Shown piece by piece: positions 9,863-18,667 of a stretch of DNA of 47,336 nt (its first letter is position 1; each line of letters begins with the position of its first letter). Under the pieces are notes generated by a model. It ran no database searches. It was not told the DNA's origin and saw only the letters and a program-made list of their open reading frames with translations. The stretch is from assembly GCA_029762535.1 (NCBI GenBank), contig JARVGK010000011.1, positions 1 through 47,336 on the forward strand, read 5' to 3'. This DNA is from Thermoplasmatota archaeon. GTDB taxonomy: Archaea > Thermoplasmatota > Penumbrarchaeia > Penumbrarchaeales > Penumbrarchaeaceae. The position numbers and the translations under genes were made by a program.

Positions 9863-12423
9863 GGGGCCCTGAACATAAGAACGAACGTGGCCCCTTTGGG
9901 CGTAGTAGGCTCGTACGATACGCCTCCGCCGAAGCGCTTCATTGTCCTGTTGATGATGAAGAGGCCTAGCCCCGACCCTGCCATGGTCCCGTAGCTGAAA
10001 CCCTCGTCGAAGAGCTTATCGACTATCTTGTCGGGGATCCCGGTGCCGAAATCGCTGATACTGATCTTCGAGATGCGTTCGCCCTGCTCGAGAACTATCC
10101 TCATCCTGTCGGTCTTCCCGTGCTTGATCGCGTTCGAGATCATGTTGGATATCACCGAACTCAGAGCGTCATCAGCTAGCACATTGCATTCCCCGGACAC
10201 CTCTATGGGGATATCGTAACCCTTCGCTATTCCCTCGATGAACGCCTTCATCTCATATTCTTTGAGCGGCTTGCCGAAAGACCATATCATCTCCAGCTGC
10301 TTCATCGCCTCGATGAGGTCCACGCTGCGGGTCAGCGCCTTCTCCATCCCATCAATGTAATCCATCCTTTTCGTGACGCGATACTGTCCCAAAGCCAGCT
10401 GTATCATCCCCAGGTTGTTCAGGATGTCATGCCTGAGTATCCTGTTTATCATGCCGAGAAGGTCGTTGCTCTCCTCCAGCGCCCTCCTTGCGGCGATGTG
10501 GTCGGTCAAGTCGGTCATGGTCATTATCACGTTATCGATACCGAGAATGTCCTCCCTCTTCAACGATACCATAACGGGAAGGAAACCGTCCCTGTGAGGT
10601 ACCTCAAACTCCTGAACGCAGGATCGGGAGGATCCCTCGAAGACGGAGGCGCACGGGCCATTCATGATGGCGGGTATGGGGTCAGGGGATGTTCCGACCA
10701 CCTCATCCATGGGGATATCGAGCATCCTCGCGGCCCTGGGATTCAGATCGGATACCGTCCCATCACCGGGGTCGAGGAGCAGGATGCCGGTGTCCACCGA
10801 GTTGAGTACCTTCTGCATCATCTCCTTGCTCCTCGCCAGTTCCAGCTCGTACCTTTTCTTCTCCTCGACCGATATCATTACCGAGACTATGCCTCTTAGC
10901 TCCCCCTTTATATCCCTGAAGGGTGATTTCGTTATCAGATACGGGGATCCCGAGCCATCCTTGCCCGGTATCGACACCTCGAACATCAGGGGTCCCTTGC
11001 CAGATAGCAGTTCCCTGTCCTTGTTGTTGCACAGGGTATGGATATGTTCGGGCATCAGATCGCTCATGTCCGAGAACAGCACATCATCCCTCTTCCTTCC
11101 GGTAAAGTTGAGAAAATGCCTGTTGCATCCGATCATAACCCCGTCAAGGTTCTTTATGAAGATGGGAAGGTTGATGGAATCCATCACCTGCTGGAGGAAA
11201 GCGGTCCTGTCAAGCATCTCCTTCTCCATCCTGACGCTGTCGGTGATGTCCCTGAAAGTGGCCTCGATCGCAGTTAGACCACTTTCATCGGTGTAAGGCG
11301 TGACGTTGACCTCGATGACCAGCTGCTTTCCCTTCTTGCTATTAAGGGGGATCCTGCTCCCTCTGAAGGTTTTTCCCTTCAACGCTGCGCTGAAGTCCTC
11401 CAGGAGAGGGCCCGATTCCGTTTCGGGGAAGAACTCCAGGAAATTCCGGCCCATCATATCATCCGATGTATATCCGAGGATCTCTGTGACGGCGGGAGAG
11501 ATGTAATTGATCGTTCCATTACGGTCCATGGAGCAGATCGCATCGAAGCTGCGCTCCACAAGGCCCCGGAACCTCTCCTCGCTCTCCTTGAGCTCCCTCT
11601 GCTTGGTCCTGAGGGTCGTAATATCGGATCCCGAGCTCAGCGTCCCTGTTACGCTCCCGTCGGGATCCCTTCTAAGTTGATTGTGCCATGATATGACCTT
11701 GATGGAGCCGTCCCTGCAAATTACCGCTCCTTCCCTGTCCATATCATCTGAGGATCCATCAATGAGGGCCTGAAAATAACTTCGAACATCTATTCTGTAC
11801 CCTTCAGGCAGCGCTGTTCGGAACCAGTCCTTTTCCAACATTTCCTGCGGGGTATCATAACCCAGAAGGCTTGCCCCCCATTTGTTGATCATGGTTATCC
11901 TGCCTTCGAGGTCCAGTGCCAGGATCATTACCCCAGCGACATCGAGATAGCTCTGGGCCAGGTCCCTCTGCCTTTCGAGCTCCGCCTGGAGGGCCTTCCT
12001 CTCGGAGATGTCCCTGGCTATTCCAAGGACATACCTTTGGTCGGATATCGTTATGGGCTGCGTCCTCACTTCTACATGGACCGGCTTGCCGTTAGACCTG
12101 ATCAGCTTTATCTCGTCCGGTCCCGTGGGATCGCCCCTGATGCTTTCGATCTGGAGGGAGATCACCTTCTCGATCTGGTCATCCGGCACTATCCCGGATT
12201 CGACGAAGTTCTTCCCTATAAGCGAGGCCCTTTCGTACCCCAGAAGCCTTTCCGCCTGGGAATTGCCATGCAGGAAGGTCCCTTCCATATCGTTCACGTA
12301 TACGGCATCAGGAGCGAACTCGTAGAGCTTCATGAGAAGATCGAGGGTGACGTTTCCGTCAAGGCGAGTGTCTTGATCCTCGGGAGGGTTTCCCTCCGAT
12401 AACGGTCCTCTCTCCTCATCCAT
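9838..12423 (-). CDS. Soluble sensor histidine kinase with five PAS/PAC domains
   Basis: Five PAS units ending RDISERK, SDITTLR, RDITDSV, ISVEEKK and TDLTDH. H-box ILRHDILNNL, N-box NMISNAIKHG, DFGTGIP, LFDEGFS, GSGLGLFI. No TM segment. Confidence 0.92.
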   Translation of the reverse strand: MDEERGPLSEGNPPEDQDTRLDGNVTLDLLMKLYEFAPDAVYVNDMEGTFLHGNSQAERLLGYERASLIGKNFVESGIVPDDQIEKVISLQIESIRGDPTGPDEIKLIRSNGKPVHVEVRTQPITISDQRYVLGIARDISERKALQAELERQRDLAQSYLDVAGVMILALDLEGRITMINKWGASLLGYDTPQEMLEKDWFRTALPEGYRIDVRSYFQALIDGSSDDMDREGAVICRDGSIKVISWHNQLRRDPDGSVTGTLSSGSDITTLRTKQRELKESEERFRGLVERSFDAICSMDRNGTINYISPAVTEILGYTSDDMMGRNFLEFFPETESGPLLEDFSAALKGKTFRGSRIPLNSKKGKQLVIEVNVTPYTDESGLTAIEATFRDITDSVRMEKEMLDRTAFLQQVMDSINLPIFIKNLDGVMIGCNRHFLNFTGRKRDDVLFSDMSDLMPEHIHTLCNNKDRELLSGKGPLMFEVSIPGKDGSGSPYLITKSPFRDIKGELRGIVSVMISVEEKKRYELELARSKEMMQKVLNSVDTGILLLDPGDGTVSDLNPRAARMLDIPMDEVVGTSPDPIPAIMNGPCASVFEGSSRSCVQEFEVPHRDGFLPVMVSLKREDILGIDNVIMTMTDLTDHIAARRALEESNDLLGMINRILRHDILNNLGMIQLALGQYRVTKRMDYIDGMEKALTRSVDLIEAMKQLEMIWSFGKPLKEYEMKAFIEGIAKGYDIPIEVSGECNVLADDALSSVISNMISNAIKHGKTDRMRIVLEQGERISKISISDFGTGIPDKIVDKLFDEGFSYGTMAGSGLGLFIINRTMKRFGGGVSYEPTTPKGATFVLMFRAPQSSSHST

Positions 12424-12524
12424 ACGGCGGCCTCGAAAACAATAGTGCGGTCCATCGATGTGATATATATAGAAAGTTCAGCGGACATTCTCAAAGATGA
12501 TAATGCGAGGTATGAGGAACAGGC

Positions 12525-12710
12525 CTACGGAAAGCATGCCAGCTGGCATTTCATTATCTTTATACCCATATCATCGAGCGCCTCTCCGACGACCTCAGTA
12601 TCCAGGTCCAGTTCCGAGGCGATCCTCAGAGCAGATGAGCACGGGATCCTGCCATCCACGCTCTCCCGCTTGAGGCGCAGCCTCAGCTCCTCCTTCGTAG
12701 CGCATATCAT
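12525..12710 (-). CDS. Small conserved hypothetical protein (helix-turn-helix-like, C-terminal IKI-x-x-CQL[AG]CF motif)
   Basis: 61 aa, starting 3 bp after the MoaD/ThiS stop. The pattern G.IPC..A..IA.EL.....VG...D..GIKI..CQL.CF resembles a small protein family I recall from anaerobes; function unknown. Confidence 0.7.
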   Translation of the reverse strand: MICATKEELRLRLKRESVDGRIPCSSALRIASELDLDTEVVGEALDDMGIKIMKCQLACFP

Positions 12711-12713
12711 GGT

Positions 12714-12914
12714 TCAGCCTCCGCTAGTAAGGTGCAGGATCTCCACGGACTCGCCATCGGGGACCTCCGTTCTGTCGTAATCCGCCTTCGATATCACCCT
12801 ATCGCCCACCTTGACCACGACCAGGGGGAACACGTAGTTCAGCCTGCGCAGCAGGCCCTGCACCGTCTCCCCTTCGACGTATTCCTCCTGTCTGCCGTTG
12901 ACAGCTATCGCCAT
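12714..12914 (-). CDS. MoaD/ThiS-family ubiquitin-like sulfur carrier
   Basis: 66-aa beta-grasp pattern (IAVNG...TV..LL..L...VVVKV...DGESVEILH) ending in Gly-Gly. GGAGGTGG RBS. Confidence 0.9.
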   Translation of the reverse strand: MAIAVNGRQEEYVEGETVQGLLRRLNYVFPLVVVKVGDRVISKADYDRTEVPDGESVEILHLTSGG

Positions 12915-12947
12915 GTTACCACCTCCGAAGCATCCGAGAGGTGATAT

Positions 12948-15308
12948 TTACCATTTCTCCCAATATCTGCGCTCGGGGTCGGGCTGGCTCTCGCCCTTAC
13001 TGTATCTCCCGCCCCAGATGTTCCTTCCGGCCTTCTCGTCCTCTTCGATGGCCTTCTCGAGCATCGATAACATCTCCGTCTCATCCTCGAAGCCGAGCTG
13101 CCTCATCTTCTGTGGCGTGGGGATCCCGTTCTGGGTCCAGCCCCTGCGGTAATAAACCGCATCCATCAATTTGTTGTACTGGTCCATTCTATATTCCCTG
13201 ATCATGGAGAGCTTATCCTGTATCGGGAGCGTCTTCAACGACCCGGGATCGACCCCTACGAGTTCGATCAGCTGCTTGTCGTACCTATCCGCTCTGGACA
13301 GGTATTCCATTTCTGTCACGGGCCCCATGGATCGGAACGGGGGGGTGTCGTCCTTTCTCCACCCCTTCCCCATCCACACGTTCATGGACCTCTGCCAGTT
13401 GTACACCTTCTCGCTCATGTGTATCAGGTCGTCCCCGGTGATGTCCTTTCCGATGATAGCAGAGAGGATGGTGGAGTAGTTCCTGACGTGCTCGGGGACC
13501 TTGGCCGGCTCATCCTCCTTGGAATTCCCCAACGGGATCGTATCGTTCCAAGGGAGCTTGCACAGCCCCACCAGGCCGAACCATGTCCTCCATATCGGGA
13601 AGTAGTGGAGCGCCTCCGCCTTGTCCTTGAAGGTCGGTATCTGGTTGTTGACCATGTCCATGAAAATGAGCCACGCCTCGTCGTGCTGCGGGCCCTTAGA
13701 AGCCATGGCGAATCCCCCCTGCTGGGCGAGCGACTCCTTCGATACGTATTCGGAGTACTCCAGGCCCTTGACCTCCATCCCGCAGTTCTCCACGAGGAAC
13801 GGATCCCCCCATCCGTTCTTGATCATCCAATCCTTGAGGCGCCTGACTCCCCTGGCCGCTACCTTGATGAACTCGTCATCATCCCCTTGGGCGATCCTGT
13901 GGAGCAGTTCGAGCACCGCATGGGCGTTGCCGAAGCACAGCTCGATCCCCGCGCATTTCTCCTTGTCAAGAATATGGTACTCGTACATCTCCATGATGAA
14001 GGCGATCGTCGTCGCCGCAGATATCGTGTCCAGCCCGTAAGTGTCGCAGTAGAAGTTGAACTCGAGTATCCACTCGGGATCCCAGAGGGACATGTTCGAT
14101 CCGCCCGCGATGGTCTCGTATTCTGGGCCGTCCACCGTAACGACCTGCCCCTTGTACGGCCCGGTCCTCAGCTTGAAGCCGTCAACCGCCTTGGAGCATG
14201 CCAGGGTACAGCCGTACCAGCATCCGTCCGGGATCACCTGGGTGAAGTACGGGTAGAACTTGGAGGATGCGATCCTCGACGCCTTCGGGAAGCTGCCGAA
14301 CCTGTAGTTCTCGGTAGGAAGGAGATCATAGGCGTCCATGACCTCGACGAGGTTCCCGGTGCCGACGACCCTCATGTTGCACTGGGAACTGTCCAGGTCC
14401 CTGATCTGGGTGTGATGCTTTATCCCGGTCTCGGCTATACTGTCGATGTCGGCGGGGTCGTTCTGCGTCCCTTTGAAGCCCTCTATTCGGGCCACTATCC
14501 CCTTCACCTTCTTGTCCCTCAGGACCGTTCCGAGGCCGCCCCTTCCATGCTGCTTCAACCTGGCGACCTTTCTTCTGGGATCGTAGAAGGAGATGTTGAG
14601 GATGCCCCAAAAGCTGTGCTCGGCCCCTTTACCGGATGTGACCACGGCCACCTTCTGCCTCGATGACTCGCTATCCTCCTGGGCGAAGAGGTGCGTCAGC
14701 TGCTCGGAGAGCAGATGGGAGTTGATCTCCTCCAAGGGGGCGGTCTCTATTGTGACCTTGCCCTCCACTCCGTCGATGAAGACGACGACGTCCTCCTTGG
14801 CCTTTCCCTGAATGGAGACCGAATCGAATCCGGCGAACTTCATGTAAGGAGCGAAATAGCCCCCGGCGTTCGAGTCGCATACCATGTCCGTCGAGGGCGA
14901 TATCGTCGTGGAAAGGCATTTCCCCATCCCGGAGTATTGGGTCGTGCCGTTCATCGGCCCGGAATTTAAGGATAGCACGTTTTCAGGGTCGTTCCACTTA
15001 GTATCGGGCCTGCAGTTCTCCCATATCATCCTGAGGCCGAAACCCTTCCCGCCGGTGAACTGCCCCTTGACCTTCTCGCTGAGGGGGATCTCCTTTATCT
15101 CGAGGGTGGATAGGTTCACGTAGAGCAGTCTTTCAGCATAGCCCCTGTGGACGCCCCGCTTCTCGAACCTGTGTTCGGCCAGGACCTTGTGGGCCTTTCT
15201 AATCGCCGCGATGTCCCATTCATGCTTCGTGTTCCCCGTCTCGAAGGGACCGTCCCCCTTGCCAACGAGTCGGGCGTTCTTACCGTCATTGAAGCATTCG
15301 GAGCTCAT
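12948..15308 (-). CDS. aor: Tungsten/molybdopterin aldehyde:ferredoxin oxidoreductase (AOR/WOR family) catalytic subunit
   Basis: Motifs LLYVNLS, GGKGFG, SPST....DSNAGG.FA..MKFAGFD, GRGGLG.V, LPTENY, CWYGCTLAC, GPEYET, CDTYGLDTIS, YYRRGWTQNGIPT. ATG at 15308 overlaps the upstream stop (ATGA); the ORF track gives GTG 15314. Confidence 0.9.
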   Translation of the reverse strand: MSSECFNDGKNARLVGKGDGPFETGNTKHEWDIAAIRKAHKVLAEHRFEKRGVHRGYAERLLYVNLSTLEIKEIPLSEKVKGQFTGGKGFGLRMIWENCRPDTKWNDPENVLSLNSGPMNGTTQYSGMGKCLSTTISPSTDMVCDSNAGGYFAPYMKFAGFDSVSIQGKAKEDVVVFIDGVEGKVTIETAPLEEINSHLLSEQLTHLFAQEDSESSRQKVAVVTSGKGAEHSFWGILNISFYDPRRKVARLKQHGRGGLGTVLRDKKVKGIVARIEGFKGTQNDPADIDSIAETGIKHHTQIRDLDSSQCNMRVVGTGNLVEVMDAYDLLPTENYRFGSFPKASRIASSKFYPYFTQVIPDGCWYGCTLACSKAVDGFKLRTGPYKGQVVTVDGPEYETIAGGSNMSLWDPEWILEFNFYCDTYGLDTISAATTIAFIMEMYEYHILDKEKCAGIELCFGNAHAVLELLHRIAQGDDDEFIKVAARGVRRLKDWMIKNGWGDPFLVENCGMEVKGLEYSEYVSKESLAQQGGFAMASKGPQHDEAWLIFMDMVNNQIPTFKDKAEALHYFPIWRTWFGLVGLCKLPWNDTIPLGNSKEDEPAKVPEHVRNYSTILSAIIGKDITGDDLIHMSEKVYNWQRSMNVWMGKGWRKDDTPPFRSMGPVTEMEYLSRADRYDKQLIELVGVDPGSLKTLPIQDKLSMIREYRMDQYNKLMDAVYYRRGWTQNGIPTPQKMRQLGFEDETEMLSMLEKAIEEDEKAGRNIWGGRYSKGESQPDPERRYWEKW

Positions 15309-15754
15309 TGGCACACCCCCTGTTTGTGATATACCGTCTCCTGTATATCATCGATATTCATCTCGATGAGTTCAAGAGCCCCTTCCGGGCATGCTCTCAC
15401 GCAGGAACCGCAGGATATGCATTTGTGAGGAACGACCACCGTCGGAGCCCTCCTCATCACATGTCTCGGACAGAACGCCACGCATGACTGGCAGCCTATG
15501 CAGGTGTTCTTGTTGATCGACACCACTCCGGACGGTAGTCTCCTGATCGCCTGCACGGGGCACATGTCTATGCACAACCCGCACTGGTTGCAGTTCGTTA
15601 TTATGTATCCATCGCCCTCCTTGATAATTCGGAGCGCGGACCACTCGCCTCCCTTTTCGTTCTTGTGCATTATCTGAGAGCATGCCTTCTCGCAAGCGTA
15701 ATGCCCCTTGCATCTCTCGGGATGGAACACCAGGACCTTGACCGTCTTCATCAT
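15305..15754 (-). CDS. 4Fe-4S dicluster (polyferredoxin) electron-transfer subunit of the AOR operon
   Basis: Four cluster motifs: CKGHYACEKAC (with His), CNQCGLCIDMCP, CIGCQSCVAFCP, CISCGSCVRACP. A GGTGAT RBS places the start at 15754/15751 rather than 15817. Confidence 0.9.
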   Translation of the reverse strand: MMKTVKVLVFHPERCKGHYACEKACSQIMHKNEKGGEWSALRIIKEGDGYIITNCNQCGLCIDMCPVQAIRRLPSGVVSINKNTCIGCQSCVAFCPRHVMRRAPTVVVPHKCISCGSCVRACPEGALELIEMNIDDIQETVYHKQGVCQ

Positions 15755-15902
15755 ATCACCCGATGCTAACGGGAAGGCCTCAAGCGTTATCTTATTTGCT
15801 GTTTTTATTCCCATCATGAGGGCGAAATGAGGGGTTTTGATATGCTCAAATGAACATAACGCTGTGAAAATAACCCTATCCGTTACATATTGGTATGATC
15901 CT

Positions 15903-16511
15903 CTAATCGAATAGTTCCCTCAGTCCGGCAAAGGATATTGTCCCGGACCAGTGCGAGAAGGGCGGCGTCCTAAGCATCCTCGTCCTGTCCTCCAACCTCC
16001 CTGAGCGGACATCCGTGCCCTCCTCGAGCGTCAGCACGGTGAAGCCCCGAAATGAGAGCTCCTGAGCGGCGCAGAGCACGCACGCGTCAAGGGTCAATCC
16101 CGAAAGGATGATGGTCCCGATCCCCTTCATCGACAGGTTCTCGTCGATCCACACGTCGAAGGTGGCGGGATCCTGATATGGGAGACCCGGGTGCTTTCCG
16201 GCGTCTCCTATGCCCTCCCTTGTCCAGATGGGCGAGTTCATGCATTTGATCAGATCGGGACCTGAAAGGATCTCTTTGGGGATCTCAGATGTGTACCCCC
16301 ATTCTACCGGCCGGCAGCAGTCACGAGGATCCCCCGGCCTCGGCTGCCTGTAATCGGATACTATCTGCAGTGCGGGGACGTCAGCTCTTTTGATGTACGG
16401 GATGAGATGATCCCTGACGAACCTGACGCTGCTGCGAGGGGCGTAGCAGGCCCCGCCGCTCCTTGTGAAATCGTACTGCATGTCCACGAATATGATCGCT
16501 GTGCCCGGCAT
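15903..16511 (-). CDS. Isochorismatase-family cysteine hydrolase
   Basis: AIIFVDMQYDF (catalytic Asp), Lys in LIKC, GLTLDACV (nucleophile Cys), RGFTV.....GT. Start moved to ATG 16511 to avoid overlap with the divergent gene. Confidence 0.82.
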   Translation of the reverse strand: MPGTAIIFVDMQYDFTRSGGACYAPRSSVRFVRDHLIPYIKRADVPALQIVSDYRQPRPGDPRDCCRPVEWGYTSEIPKEILSGPDLIKCMNSPIWTREGIGDAGKHPGLPYQDPATFDVWIDENLSMKGIGTIILSGLTLDACVLCAAQELSFRGFTVLTLEEGTDVRSGRLEDRTRMLRTPPFSHWSGTISFAGLRELFD

Positions 16512-16567
16512 CCGACATGCACATATCGCCTGAAGGTTTAAAAATATGCTTGGTCCTGTTAGGAGCG

Positions 16568-18667
16568 ATGTTCGAACGGGGGCAGCTCCCGAGATCCTCT
16601 TTACCTTTGATAGCGGCAGCGTTGCTCCTTTTCGTCCTCTCATCGGAGACCGCCCGATCGGGCCCTGCCAGGGCCACGCTCTCCGAGCCGAGGGAGCTCT
16701 ATGCCAGCCCGGGCAACGGGTACATCGAACTGAGTTGGAAAGCCCCCTCCCAGGGAACGGCCTCCGTCAGGGGGTACTACATCTATCGCGGATTGAATAA
16801 GGACGCGATCTCTCTCCTGGCCGCCGTGGGTTCGGACGAGCTGTCCTACACCGACTCGGCGATCGTCAACACCATCGAGTACCATTACATGGTGATCGCC
16901 TACAACCTGGTGGAGGAGGGGCCTCCAAGCGCGATCGTCTCGGAGGCGGGTGACGGAACTCCTCCATCCGTATCGATCGATTCGCCGCAGGATGGGGCGT
17001 TCCTCAGAGGAGGATGGCTTCGAATAAACTGGTTCGGGTCGGACTCGGGCAGCGGGATCGAGCATTACGACCTGAATATCGGAGGGGAAACCATTGAGCT
17101 GCCCTCTTCCACGACGAGCCACACCTTCTCCGATATCCCCGATGGTCACATCTCGATAACGTTAGGTGCCACGGACAGGGCCGGGAACAGAGGGGAGGGG
17201 AAAGCGAAAGTTATCATGGACAGCGTGCCTCCCGAACTCGAGATCATTTCACCTTCGGCGGGAGGGTTTTATCAAGGGCCTGATCTCGTCGCGGAATGGG
17301 AGTGCTCGGACGATCTAAGCGGGATCGACAGGACCATCCTCAACCTTGACATGGACGGTCCCATCGATGTGGGCGAGGACAGAGCCTTCGCGTTTGAGAA
17401 CCTGAGCGAGGGCGAGCACTGGCTCAGGTTATCCGTTCGCGACAGTTCCAACAATGAATTCGATCGGGAAACGAATTTCTTCATCGACTGGACCCCGCCC
17501 GAGATACGGGTCCGTGACGGCCTTGATGTGATTTTCACCAATTCGAACGAGATCGTCCTTAATGTGGAGCTTCGAGATAACCTGGACCGTTACCCCGGGC
17601 TCATGCTTATGGTGAACGGGGGGGATTGGGAGGTCCAGGAGGAAAGCCGCAGCTCTACCGTAAGGTATCTTGCAGAGGGCATGAACCACGTCACCCTGAA
17701 GGCATATGATGCTGCGGGGAACGAGAGAGAGGCGAAATTGAAGGTGATCAGGGACAGCTTCCCACCCGTCATCGACCTCTTGGGGATGCACGAGGGCAGG
17801 AGGATCAACACGTCGGTGCCGGTCCTTACATGGTCGATCGAGGACCCCGCCGGAACGGGTGTGTCCTCGGCGTTTCTATGGATCGACAACGGATTGAAGA
17901 TACGAATAGGTCCAAATGGGAATATTTCGGCCCCTGTTCTTTCCGAAGGGGAGCATACGATAACGATCTCGGCTTACGACCCGGCCGGGAACGAGGGTAA
18001 ACTGGTCCGAAGGATAGTGATCGACACGATCCCCCCGAAGATAACGGGGCACGATCCCCCGACCGGGACCATACACGGTCTTGAGGTGCTCAGGATAAAT
18101 TTCTCGGAGAGGGTATCGCCCTCGACATCGAACATACACTCGCCTTCCATCTCCGGGTCCGTGATATGGAACGCGGACCACGCACTGTTCGTTCCCGATG
18201 GAGTGGTCCCTATGGGCGTAACGATCGCGTTCATCGTCAATGCGGTTGACATTGCCGGGAACGCGATGCAGGAGAGGAGAATAACTTTCATGACCAGCGA
18301 CCAGGGGCGTATCACAGGCCGCATCGTTACCGTTGACGGAAGGCCCATTCCGGGTGCTGAGGTCCTCCTCGACAACGGAAGGTTGGCCCTGACGGACGAT
18401 GACGGTTATTTCAGGATGGAGGATTCCTTCGGTGACAGGGTCCTGTACATCACGAAGAATGGATACGAAGGAACCACTCGCAGAACGGTCATCCTCCCCG
18501 GAAAAAATATCGACATTGGCGTGATACAGCTGGAGAGGGATGGCAGCTCTAACAGGACCCCTCTTGGTGCATACTACGCAATTGCTGCCCTACTGTCCCT
18601 TTTGATGATGGTCGCAGCCGTTGTGGTGCTTGTGTTCTCCCTGAAGAGGGAGAGATGGGAGGACTGA
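16568..18667 (+). CDS. Cell-surface protein: FN3 + tandem bacterial Ig-like domains + carboxypeptidase-regulatory-like domain + C-terminal TM anchor
   Basis: AGGAG RBS before ATG 16568 and a signal peptide. FN3 motif LSWKAP...GYYIYRG...YTD...YHYMVIAYN, repeated D..PP / D.AGN Ig modules, GRI...DGRPIPGAEV...TDDDGYF, and a hydrophobic helix followed by KRERWED. Confidence 0.82.
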   Translation: MFERGQLPRSSLPLIAAALLLFVLSSETARSGPARATLSEPRELYASPGNGYIELSWKAPSQGTASVRGYYIYRGLNKDAISLLAAVGSDELSYTDSAIVNTIEYHYMVIAYNLVEEGPPSAIVSEAGDGTPPSVSIDSPQDGAFLRGGWLRINWFGSDSGSGIEHYDLNIGGETIELPSSTTSHTFSDIPDGHISITLGATDRAGNRGEGKAKVIMDSVPPELEIISPSAGGFYQGPDLVAEWECSDDLSGIDRTILNLDMDGPIDVGEDRAFAFENLSEGEHWLRLSVRDSSNNEFDRETNFFIDWTPPEIRVRDGLDVIFTNSNEIVLNVELRDNLDRYPGLMLMVNGGDWEVQEESRSSTVRYLAEGMNHVTLKAYDAAGNEREAKLKVIRDSFPPVIDLLGMHEGRRINTSVPVLTWSIEDPAGTGVSSAFLWIDNGLKIRIGPNGNISAPVLSEGEHTITISAYDPAGNEGKLVRRIVIDTIPPKITGHDPPTGTIHGLEVLRINFSERVSPSTSNIHSPSISGSVIWNADHALFVPDGVVPMGVTIAFIVNAVDIAGNAMQERRITFMTSDQGRITGRIVTVDGRPIPGAEVLLDNGRLALTDDDGYFRMEDSFGDRVLYITKNGYEGTTRRTVILPGKNIDIGVIQLERDGSSNRTPLGAYYAIAALLSLLMMVAAVVVLVFSLKRERWED

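Noticed and set aside
13419-14666. 415-aa + strand ORF antisense to AOR (and similar shadows at 8213-9304, 19846-20715, 25520-26356)
   Set aside because: These are fully nested opposite well-supported genes and have no recognisable domains.
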